A stretch of 64,000 nt of DNA from Selaginella moellendorffii (lineage: Eukaryota > Plantae > Lycopodiophyta): contig NW_003314290.1 of NCBI RefSeq assembly GCF_000143415.4, forward strand, positions 1,095,481-1,159,480, in the 5' to 3' direction. Below are positions 53,185 to 64,000 of this stretch, piece after piece (the stretch's first letter is position 1; the number at the start of each line of letters is the position of its first letter). The position numbers and the translations under genes are program-made. The notes under the pieces are model-generated. The model was not told the DNA's origin, did not search any database, and saw only the letters and a program-made list of their open reading frames with translations.

Positions 53185-56100
53185 TCCTCCACGTGACATG
53201 TATTGGTCCTTTTGTGTCCTTTTTTTAAAGACTCACTTATTGCTTGTCCCATCCACAACCCATTTACACTTCATTGGGAGTTTCACTCCCACTCTTGACT
53301 GTCCAAGTCAGAGCTTTTAGTCCAAATGTGTTACTCTCGTTTGGCTTTTACTTCGGCCACTACCACATGACATCCTTTCAGCTCCACTTTTGGGGCTCTA
53401 GGATTTGTGTCTCACAACTCCACTATCCATAGATGAAGTTCAATATCCTTATCAAACAATAAACCATTTTATAAAATAACACCAACATGTATTATCCTTT
53501 CCATCCTTGGCACCTAACTAATATTTGTCAATAGTTTGACACCAAAGGCTCACCATGCCTTATCCATCTTTTAAAGAGCATAGTCTTTCTAATTTAGAAA
53601 CTCATTTGACCACTTATGGTGGTCCTTCCCCTTTTATTCTTTTAGTTCATGCTAAATGTGTTAAAGACATTATCTCTATTTCAATTTCACTACTCATTTA
53701 GGAATAACTTTGGCCTCTACCAATATAACCATCGCATTTTGGAACTTTTAATTTTGATTTTTTATAGTTAATTTCTTAGGTGTCTCTAACACCTTGCATT
53801 GCATATATTATGCAAACTCAATTTCCCCATCCTAGGAAGTTCTTTACTTGAAAGCACCATCATCCTCTTTTCTATTTTGTGCCACTCTAGGCACTAAAAT
53901 CCATCTTTCTATAATTTATGCTAGGATTATTTATGGCCTTATCATTTGGTTACCTTGTCGCTCTTTCCCTTGGAGCTTTTGCTTTGCCAAATTAAAGTAT
54001 TTAGAAATTCATCATTAGAAATATATTTCCCTTTCCATAATCCGTTAGCACCAAACACATGAGTGTTCCTCGCTTAACTTTTCTTTTTGGATTCTTTTCA
54101 ATGATTTCCATGGCCCATTCTTGGTCTTTAGTCTTTTGCTTCTATCCTTTGATTGTTGCCCCAAGCAACATAGGATCATTACCTCCATCCTTAAGGTATC
54201 ATTTTGATTCAATAGCAAAGGCTCTACTTTGCCAAATCCATAAAAGTGTTCATCCTTAATAGGTCTCTTTAGCATTTTCTACTATAGGCTTTATGCATGG
54301 CTCAACCTAACAACCCACTCATAAGTCCCTTTCTTAGATTCGCAATACCACTACATTGCTACAATTCATTTCCTTTAGGTGTTTTTTCCACTTGGTCACT
54401 TTGACCAAGCCGCACAATTATCAATAGTTTAAATCAACACTTTGAACTAAGAACTTTATTCTTTAACTTCACAAAGATTTTATCCTTGTTTTAGCTATAA
54501 GATCACCTAATGATTTAACCTTGACACCTTAACAGGTTTACTAATTGATACTAAGTCTTCTAGACTTTTAACTTGTTAACCATGACCCCAGAGGCATCCC
54601 CCACACTTGGAAATATGCCTAAGCCAACCTTTTTGGCCAAGGGTCCATAGTAATTGAGATTGAATGTCCCCATTTCATTCACCACGTTTTTGGTGCCACT
54701 TGCACCAAAGTGTTCAAATTAGATATACTAAATTTTCACACTAAGCAATTTAACTGTGCATCACGACTCTAAAGCATCCCCCCCTTGGCAGTGTGCCCAA
54801 GTCAATCTCCTTATTAAGAGTCCATAACCACCAAAAAATGAGTGTCCTCATATTCCAAACCATCACCATGCCATAATGAGTTGGGACTCAAACCTAAATA
54901 CTAAAGGGTTGGAATTCAAACCCAACCTCCGTATATGCATCTATAGATGGCATTACTTAGAAAGCCTGGCGTGATTCCTCATGCTAATGCACCAACTTAT
55001 ACTTAAAGCGCGTTATGGATCACAACTCAAAATTTAATTCCTCCCAACTACCAAGTCTTTTCACTAGATGAGTTTGTGATCATGCATGGACTCCTCCATG
55101 CTTAACCCTATATGCCACCCTTTTTGAAGTTATTCCTTCAAATAAGGTTTTTTTTTTTTTTTTTTTTGTTCTCTTGACTTGCCAATCTTGCTTTAGCAAG
55201 TCACTGTAAGCAACCAAAGAGAATGACTCAAGAAATGATCCAGGGGTTCAAATATAAAGGGAAAGGGCCCATGAACAAAAGTGCACCCCCTTTTCCAATC
55301 GGTTAAGGGTCTTGGGATAGTTGAAGTTAAGTGTCCTTGGGTCTGAACAGTACTGTGCTGGGTGATCTCCCGAGAAGTCCAAACTCAGAAGCTTACAGTC
55401 ATCTGACCAGCGTAACATGGTTTCATGCATAAGCATGAAAGTCTTTAACCATTGACTTTCATTCAAAGCCATCTTTTTGAACACTCAAGAACTACTTCCC
55501 TAATCCTAATGACCTTGAACACTCGAGAATTACTTCCCCAATTCTAATAACCTTGTCTTGTGGCAAATTTCAAATCCATACTTTTGCTGTGCTATTTTAA
55601 TTTTACACTTTCTTTGAACCATTTACATTTGTTTTTCTAAACACCAACTTACCTAGAATTATCTTTGGGAACCTTAAAGGAACTTTATCCTTTAGCTTGT
55701 TAAGACCTCTCCTTTCATAAGCTTTCTAATTGCCATATGGTCTACCATGGATAATTCCATACTTTAGATTTTTTATGGCATCACGGTTGCTAATAGTAAC
55801 ACATTAAAGCACCCACTTGATTTTTCATTCCTAACTTGTATAACCACCCTTGGTTATAGCTTTCAATTCTTACGATTTAGTTTTATTTTTTTACTACTTG
55901 TTTTTTGGCTTTATACCTTCACTTTAGTTATTTTCCTCCCATCTAGGAGGGTACTTTTGCACTTTCTACCATGCCTTAGCATTTCTTGGGATAAATCTAC
56001 TCAATAACTTAGGGAATGCATTTTCAATTGGGATATGCTCACTATATAATCCCACATACCGGGATTAACGTCACTAAGCTCTATTTCGTTAAAGTGGGAT

Positions 56101-56331
56101 TTATTCAGTAAAATGGGACTAGGTACAAATTTTCAAATATTTGAAAATGACGTGAAATTATATATTTTTTGTCCAGGGGCTAGACATATCTGGGGCATGG
56201 TGACTAGCGTGGTGACTTTGTGTCCAGACTGAGTCCATCTGGTTGTATAATAAATCTCATTGTCAAGGTGAACAAGCCGAATCTGAAGCTAAAGAAGAAC
56301 AATGGCATGCGCGCACACACTATTTGTTTGT

Positions 56332-57930
56332 TCATTGAGCGTGTGGTGAGCTTTCCAAGATGAACGTCATTCCTAACCCTACAATCTGACGGCCAACATA
56401 TTCACTGGGATGGCATGGGGCCCCACACGATACTGCAAGCCTTTGCTCCTCCTCCAGCTGAACCCTGTATGGGGTTCGATCGACAAGGGCCTTATGCAAG
56501 GGTTGGCCGTTCAGCTCAGTTTGCGCACTTTGCAGAGACCTTAAGTGTTTTGCTAGAGACGCAATCATCATGTTTGCACCCCCGCCACCCCATAGAGGTA
56601 CAAAGAAGTTCCCATAGTTCTGGGCACCATGCCCATGAGCGATTATGCCAAACAGAGACACAGGCAGCTGCATGGATGAAGAGATTGCCTTGGGGGCAGG
56701 ATTGAGTCGAGGTAAGCACGTCTTTTTCTAGTCCATTTTGTCGTGGATGATGTAGAGGTAAGAGTCAGGTCTCTCCATGGAGAGAATCTTGTTATGATAA
56801 TATGCAGTCCTGCAGCTTCTCTGCTCGATGTTGTGGTCGAGCCGCCTTCTAACCAACGTCTCTCGCTCTTGAGCGATGCAAGAATTCTTCGACAAAGCCA
56901 TTTTGATAGCAGTGCACTTGTCACACTTTGAAAAGCTGGAGTACTTTCCTATACTCACATCCCTGAGCCTGTTGCTCCACAATCTACTAAATCTAGATTG
57001 GCTCAGCTTCCTGTAGCCATTACTCTGGAGTTCCTGATTCACATCTTCCAATATGGCCCCCTTGGTATACATGGAAGGGAGAACTCGTTGGGTGTCTCGA
57101 GTTCCATCTTCCAAGAGGCGGGTTTTATGTGGTTGCTGCTCGCTACATGTCTCGACAAACCTCTTGAAGATTGCCTCTCCATATACAACATGACCCCTGG
57201 TTTTGTGAGTACCGTCGTTCCCATGGACTGCCTGTTGAACCCTTTGTTCCTCGAACTCAGTTTTGATTCTGTAGAATGTGGTTCGAGGGACTCCATAAAT
57301 GATTCTCCATGCCTTCATGCAGACCAAACCCCTCTGGAAGACCATGCCCCCCACCTGATGTTCTGAAGCATCAACAGATGACCGTAATGCCTCATATACA
57401 AAATTGCGAGCTACTTTCCAGGACAATGTCTTGTATCTTGCTCTCTCCTCTTCAATAGCATCCCAATCAACATGTTGACAGCACCTCCTCTTGCAACAAG
57501 CAACTGTCGAGACCATTCGAACCTCCATCGCCATTTTCTGCCTTTTCGGTTCGTTGCTCAGATCCCTTTGGCTGCGCTTTAGGAAGGTGTACTTTCTTTT
57601 CCCATGAAGAGATGTTCTGTCATCAGTTGTAGTGGTGTTTAATTGTGAATCCTTCACATTCTCAAACACTAAGTGCCTCAATTTCCACCGCATAATGCTT
57701 CCAATAGTCAGACTGTTTTCTTCTGTATCAACAACCTCTAAAATCGCAACTCCAATATCATCCCAGCCCAATTCTTGATTAGCAACCGCATCTCTTGGAT
57801 CGACAACTATGGCTAAGCCCTCAGCTACCACCTCCCCCTAGGGGTTGTTTAGAAACACCTTTGCCTGAATCCATGTAGCACGGTTCTTAAGATCCACGGA
57901 GGGAACATGCGTCGCATTTGCGAAGGCCAT
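56332..57930 (-). pseudogene. Sola-like (DUF7869-type) transposase, nonsense-mutated and apparently internally deleted
   Basis: CCKRRCC...VCMKAWRIIYGV...HGN...FSRLW...FSKCDKC...H...Q...R..Y...IIHDKMD*KKTCLP...LFGIIAHG; TAG at 57838-57840 and 56728-56730; downstream catalytic DN../GHT.D motifs not visible. Confidence 0.72.
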
Positions 57931-58294
57931 TCTGAAAGTGCAGAAAAGAAGTTAAGACCATACAAAAAATGATTGGAGAATGGCCTAAATCATAACATAC
58001 CAAACAACCTCAATAGCATGAGGCCACATGCTATTATTCAAACATGCTATTGACACCCACGTGAAATTTCGCATTCACAAAATTGGCATGAGGCCTCATG
58101 CCATCTTGATAAACACATAGCTGCAGGCAAGTAAAAACATACATGACAATATGCTAGCCATGAAATTGCAAGGGCCCAAGATGGCATGTGGCCTCATGCC
58201 ATTTCTAAATGTGGTCTTAAGCCATTCCATGGTGAACATACCAGGAAGCACAAGTGCCGAATATCAAGAGGAAGCGGTAGCCACACCAAAGACA

Positions 58295-58420
58295 GTGCCG
58301 CTCGCAACACCGCAACTACTCATAGCGCCGCTCGCAACACCGCAACTGCTCGTAGCGCCGCTCGCACAAACTGCCACTCGCATAAACTGCCGCTCGCAAT
58401 GCCGCAACCGCTCGTAGACG
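58295..58420 (+). repeat. 30-bp tandem repeat (GCGCCGCTCGCAACACCGCAACT...) upstream of the transposase
   Basis: Visible as APLATPQLL repeats in ORF 58151-58417. Confidence 0.7.
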
Positions 58421-60250
58421 CATAAACCACAGCTCACAACACCGCTTACACAAGCAGCGCTCACTGCGCTCAACGGAACCAAGAACACGGCGCACAAAAA
58501 TGATAGACCTAGGAATGAGTTCGAGAATTCAAGAATAACACACGCTTGAACGTCACATCAAATCCTCTGACAAACCAGATCTTATGATTCCTTTGACAAA
58601 TTTCAAACTGAGTAGCTTCTAGACTTTGCTGTCGGACGTTAAACTTTGTCACATCATGTCCTTGCCTCGATCCAGCTGTGCCATGTCAGTGATTCAAACT
58701 TTGCCATGCCATGTCAGCGATCCGCGCCAAGATTATTCGCCGTGTAAAGGAATAATTATGCTGTGTGTATACGTCCATTTATGGCAATATAAGGCCACAC
58801 GCCATTCAAAGAATAATGCTAGTCGAGCATTTTTTGGTGCATTTTTTGGTTCAAAATTGCATGAGCCCACATAAAGTTTACCTGTACCAAAAATAGAAAT
58901 AGCTTTATTTACTTGGGAATTTAAGTGGTTGAGGCATTTTTAAACTTACAAACACATGCCCTACTTACATTCTTTTGGTTGCTTAAAATTCAAAAATATT
59001 ATAAACCTTTCTTTTTGCATTTTCAATGTTTTCAATTATGGTTTTTGATTTTCGCAGGACCAGCCTAGTAATCTATTTGCATCCCGTCATGTTTATAGCT
59101 AGCTTTCGTTTGTCCCCTTCGCTAGCCTGAGATACATCTGCTCGGCATCTACCTTTTACAGCATTTGCCCAGAAAGGGCATCTTTCTTCACGCAGCATTT
59201 GCCACATGTTTAGGGTTTAGGGTTTAACAATTCAGTAGCTTGATAAACATGCAAATACAGAACTTGATGCAAAATCCTTTGATATGTCACAATGCCCCTA
59301 GGACCATAAACACATTTCAATAGAGAGGGTCCTTTCATTTCATAACTCCTTACGTAGATCTTGGTGAAACCAGAGTTAGTGAAGTTGGTTTCTTGTAATC
59401 CTGCATCTGATTGTGATGTCCCTTTGCAATGTCGATGGAAAGGTCAATGCACACCAAACTGTAGAATCTTGGAGCAAAATAACGGTCGGATTTATGGCAA
59501 ATGCCCCTGAAACATTGTAAGGCTCGTGTGGTCTTATGTGGTGTCCGATCGAGATGCTTCTTTGCAGGGTCATCAAGAAGGACATTGTATACCATTCTTT
59601 ATTTAGCTGAACATTTGGCATTTTTGGAAATACAAGATGCTTTGGAATATCCAATCATGCATGGTACAAATATAGCGAGGGTATTAAATGATATCCCAAT
59701 CATGATCTTTCTTTTGGATTTCGCGTGCATGCAGTCCGAGGAATGATGACATTGCGGATTTCTTTTGGATTTCACGTGCATGCATGCGCGCGGCGATCCA
59801 GAAATTAATGGTGGCGCCCAAGTCCGAGGAATGATGACGTTGCGGGATTAGTGACATTTCGCGCGTGTGAGGTTAGGTTTTGCATTTTGCTTCGTATTCG
59901 CGCTCGCATCGCGCTCCCACTCGCGATCACGCTCACATTCGCGCTCATCTACCTTCTCTACAGGTTTCTCGTATGCATCGGCGTCCACTCGCGCTTGCAT
60001 CACATTCGCGCTTGCATCGCGCTCGTGTGCATCGGCATCCACTTCAAGACACACCTAGTTTGTAACTTCGCCGCCAACTCCGCCGCCCACTCCGCCACCC
60101 ACACGCAGCCCACTTGGCGTCCCGGGAGATTTCAGCGCCACTCTCCAACTGTAAGTGGCAGAGTAGCCTTGCTGCTACGATCCGCTGCACACATAGTGCA
60201 CATTCGCCAGCGAGTCCGGCCTCGATTGTCACGCCTCCATTCGGCTTCAA

Positions 60251-63090
60251 ATGGTAAGTCTTTTAGGCCAAGTAGAAAATGGCATGAGGCCACATGCCAT
60301 TCAGTAGCAACATTGGCATGCACCGATTGGGCTCTCGAGTGCAGTCCGGTTACAGATGGCGTGTAGCCTCACGCCATCTTAGGATGCAGCCTCAAAACAT
60401 CTGATGCAGTGGTGAATGGCGTGTGGCCTCACGTTATTTCCAACTGCTAGTTTTTCATCTGTCAGCTCTAATTGTTGTGCATTTCTGAACAGGTGAGGAA
60501 TTGCGTTCTTCTTCCAGCCACTATCAATGTGGATGCAGAGAAGGAGGAGGAGCTCACCAGTTGGACTTTCGGGATGGAAGGCGAGGATCTGAGGCTGTAC
60601 AACACAGATGGTGGGAGAAAAGAATGCATGGGGATCCTCATCCAAGTGACAGACACTCCATGCAATTCCATGCAAGAATATGGACTGGCACTTGTGGTAG
60701 AGACAACGTTCGCCTTCAAAATCCACCTTGCACATCCTAACGGCTTCCCGGAGGGGGGCAGCGGCTATGAGGAATTCCTAGAGAGAGCTAGGGAGAGGTT
60801 GTCCAGGAGGCCCACAATTTCAAAGACGCTATGGTCTATGAAGATCACATGGAATCCACGGACCTCACCTACGGCGATGTTCAAAAACTATATTCCAACA
60901 TTGAGCCGTTGAGAGTGACTCCAGTTTGCAAAACGAAGGGGAAGGGGGTCGATCTGGAAACTACCCCGAAGCAGAAAAGGGTGGTTAAGCTCAAGCCGAC
61001 GTCCGACTCTCCTGCTCCAAAAAAGAAGCTACTCGGTGATGCCATTGCCTCGGGTTCGAACACTACACCCACCAAAGCCACAAAAACCAGGACAAGGACG
61101 TGCACTAGCAACTAGCGCGTGGCAGGTAAGCCTCGTTGCATGTGGCATAGCATGTGGCCTCACGCCATTTCCATTGCAGGAATTCTCGAGTCTTCTCTCG
61201 AAAACACTGGGGGTCAATGACACACTCAGCATCCATAACATTCTACTCGCAACAAAAGTTGTTTTTGACAAATGGGTAGATGTGCTGAGGAGGTACCATG
61301 ACGGGGAGTTGCTAAACTCAATGGGTGTGGAGGACGGCCGGAAGCCTAATGATTTGAAGCTCAACGCCTTGCGTTTCTCGCGGTCTCTAGATGACGATGA
61401 CCTTCTGACAGTGGCTAATGCTCTTCTACGTGGTGAGGTAGTCTTCAACAAGACCAAAATGACTCCCGGTCATATTGTGACATATAAGGACTTGTGCACG
61501 ACTCTGAGAGCTCGTGCGCTATTGAAGGATTGGATCTTCGAGCAAGTGGTCGTGGAGAGGGTGAGCATCGACACCACGCAAGAGATGATGAAAGAGCTGG
61601 AGTTGTCAAATGAAGACATCGACGAGTACGTGAAGGGGGCCCCCAAGTTCATCGATCTGCTGCGGGATGCCACGAAAAGTAAAGCTGAGAAGTTGGATCA
61701 GTATCCAAATTTCATTAAGAGGGATGTCGACCGCTGGCTTCAGAAACAGCTCGACCCTGCAGTAGAGGCCTATCGAGAACCTTACCGGGTATACGTGAAT
61801 TCGGATGAGGATCAAAGGTGGAGGAGCATCATTTCCCGCGGAGATGAGCAGGTCAAGAACATCTTTTGTGTGATGGACTTCACAAACGAGGAGATCACTC
61901 ATGCAGACAAAGTCAGCTCCATCATTGACTTAATGGTGGGACTTGCGGAGGTGGAATCTTCAGTCCACTATATGATCTACGACTCCGAATCCTATCACAA
62001 GTTCTGGAAGGCCTTGAACGAGGTGAAGGCTCGGTTGAAAGGCAAGGAGATGCGGGAGATCCATGGGATAATGGCTAAGAAGAAGATACCGACGAATGTC
62101 CGCATCTTCACACTCGCCCTTGTTATTGGTCCTGCAGTAGAGTGGGACTAGAGTGACTTCCCAGCTTCGTTCGACAAGGCCGATCGAATTGATCTGAGGG
62201 AGGTCAATTTACCCATGCCTGAGGAACTGAAGACGGCTATGGAGCTTTCGAATCCAGAGAAAGCTCCAGGTGCAGCATGGGAAATGCTCAGCTGGGTCTT
62301 CAACGCAATAGCGGGTGGGTCACCTGCTTCCGACTCCAAGGGCAAATGCGTTGTCAAGTACAACTGCGGCGAACTATTCTTTCGAGCCGCACTACTCAAG
62401 GGTGTCCCGTGTGTTGCGGTGACAAATTCCATTGAAGAGGTGACTTCAATGGAGCATATAATTACAGTTGCCAAAGAAAAACAGTATCTTCTCTGCGAAC
62501 CTGGTGAGTACGCACTTTAAGTTTAAATGTTATCTCACAAGCTCTATATGCAGGAGCGTGGCCACCCCCAGATGCTGAAACGGCGTTAACAGCTACTGTT
62601 GAAGATACCCATGTTGGGCCGAGCTCACAACCTGCACAAGGTAAGGTCACGTGAGGCCTCACGCCATTTTGATTATAGATCTTTGTGAATATTCAGACAC
62701 GAGGACTGAAAAGCGCACTGGTGGCGCGTCGAAGAAGGACCGTATGTTCTGGGGGACCTTGCAAAACGGCTTGGAGCGATGGTGATAGAGAACCAGCCAG
62801 TCCAGGAAGTGGCTGCAGAAATCAACCAAATGGTAGATGGAACGGTATATCAGAAGCCATTTGATCGGACAGACACTAGTCATCATTTATGGCATGTATA
62901 TTGTCTAGCCAAGCACTATCTGCATCTCCATAATCTGCTCAACCAGATGGGTTCTTCGACCACTGAACATGAGCGTGGACATATTAGAGAAGAGATGGCA
63001 TTACTATTGGGTTTAAATCCTGATAGTGTGGAGAGTGATGAAATTCCAAGATTATTGTATAGGCGTTGGAGGCAAAAAATAACAGTCTGA
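60251..63090 (+). pseudogene. Transposon cargo gene with degenerate amino-methyltransferase-like domain; multi-exon, frameshifted
   Basis: ATG|GTAAGT 60251-60254; exon from 60493; intron 61126-61179; long exon 61180-~62503 with TAG at 62149-62151; later exons to 63090; aligns by eye with 5634-7058. Confidence 0.78.
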
Positions 63091-64000
63091 GATGGCATGT
63101 ATTTATTTAAAAATGTAACTTATTATGGCATGGGGTTCCATGCCATTGTATTAATATTAAAAGACAATTCTTTGAGAGGATTTGCATTATACTAGAAGTG
63201 TTACAGCATGTTATTGGAAGTCTACGAAGTTGTTTTATTAATAAGGGGAAAGTAAAGATTGAATGGGGACTTGGGCTCCACCTAAACTCAGAGCAACGGA
63301 GCCAATATTAAAAGGATGGAAAGAAATTGGACGACGATGACAAGGAGAAGAGAGAGGTGAAGCAGTGGCAAGGGGAGGAGAAGTGATTGAGTAGACATTT
63401 CCTTGTTTAAAATAAAATGGCATGTGCCTTAATGCAGTTGAATTTTGTTATATTTATATACTATATAAAGGTTTGGAAACCTTATTTTACAAGTGGGATA
63501 ATGACAATTCCCACTTTAACGAAATAGAGCTTCACTATGTATGGGCTTCTTTATGCCCATTGCTAGCCATGCTAAAATTTCTTTTGGCTTGGTCTAATTT
63601 GGATAGATGGACTTCTTCTATCTTCGCAATTTTAGACATTAGATAGCACTTTCTATCCATTATTCGCTAGGGACTTAGTCCCTTAAGCCTTATCTAATGC
63701 CTTCATGATACTAAATATCACTTCTTGGTGTTTTAAAGTGTTTAGATGCCCCAATGATAGCCTTCTTTAACAATAAACATTTTCCTTTTCAACATTGATT
63801 TATTAATTTGCAACATAAGCAATTTATCCCCCCGAGGGATATATCTAACTTTTTTATCCAAACAAAAAATCTTGAGTAGTTACCTTCTACCAATCCAATC
63901 AATTAGGCAACACTTTTTGCTTAATTGCCTCATAGTTATCAAGTCCTACAACTCATTGCTAGTGTTTCCACACCTCCATCATTATTTATCTTTTCCGTGC

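Larger units (their letters stand above)
51613..53416 (+). mobile_element. Family-Y LTR with nested TRIM
   Basis: TGTAAGCGATT...GTCTCACA; collinear with 45397-47035; no matching TSD. Confidence 0.78.
56077..63531. mobile_element. 7.45-kb TIR DNA transposon, Sola-like, with two divergent genes
   Basis: Perfect TIR AGCTCTATTTCGTTAAAGTGGGA at 56077-56099 and 63509-63531; flanking direct repeat TCACTA (or 24-bp TIR with 4-bp TSD CACT). Confidence 0.9.

Noticed and set aside
53420-56030. Retroelement pol debris flanking the DNA transposon
   Set aside because: Too eroded to assign boundaries or family
58013-63146. CRISPR-like array from the recurring palindromes
   Set aside because: Irregular spacing, eukaryotic intron context, no cas genes
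56071-63537. CACTA element or Polinton
   Set aside because: CACTA lies in the flanking direct repeat rather than as inverted termini (no TAGTG end); no polB, integrase or capsid genes, and too short for a Polinton

Overview
Eukaryotic (land-plant) nuclear DNA with very short introns and compact genes, probably a Selaginella-type lycophyte (inferred from sequence style only). The first ~20 kb is gene-rich: PET100-like, VQ-motif, ArfGAP (AGD14-like), DUF7086-type, SCAR/WAVE, decayed Pin2-inhibitor and Dof-like genes, plus an intact orphan gene (5634-7058, -) whose C-terminal half looks like a catalytically degenerate beta-class DNA amino-methyltransferase. A 3.8-kb block (SCAR 3' exons, Pin2, Dof-like) is duplicated at 29.45-33.24 kb beside a Helitron Rep remnant. 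From 20 to 56 kb lies a nested retroelement field: old Ty3/gypsy elements, two TRIMs, a very young non-coding LARD and several solo LTRs. At 56.08-63.53 kb is a TIR/TSD-bounded DNA transposon. It carries a Sola-like transposase pseudogene and a divergently oriented cargo gene homologous to the orphan at 5.6-7.1 kb (same WQ|EF intron, same MTase-like fold). Its introns and other non-coding parts carry about 10 copies of a 22-bp palindrome. The best candidate for an undescribed system is this transposon-borne pseudo-methyltransferase with its palindrome array and a free-standing host copy. All family assignments are by eye; no database searches were run.
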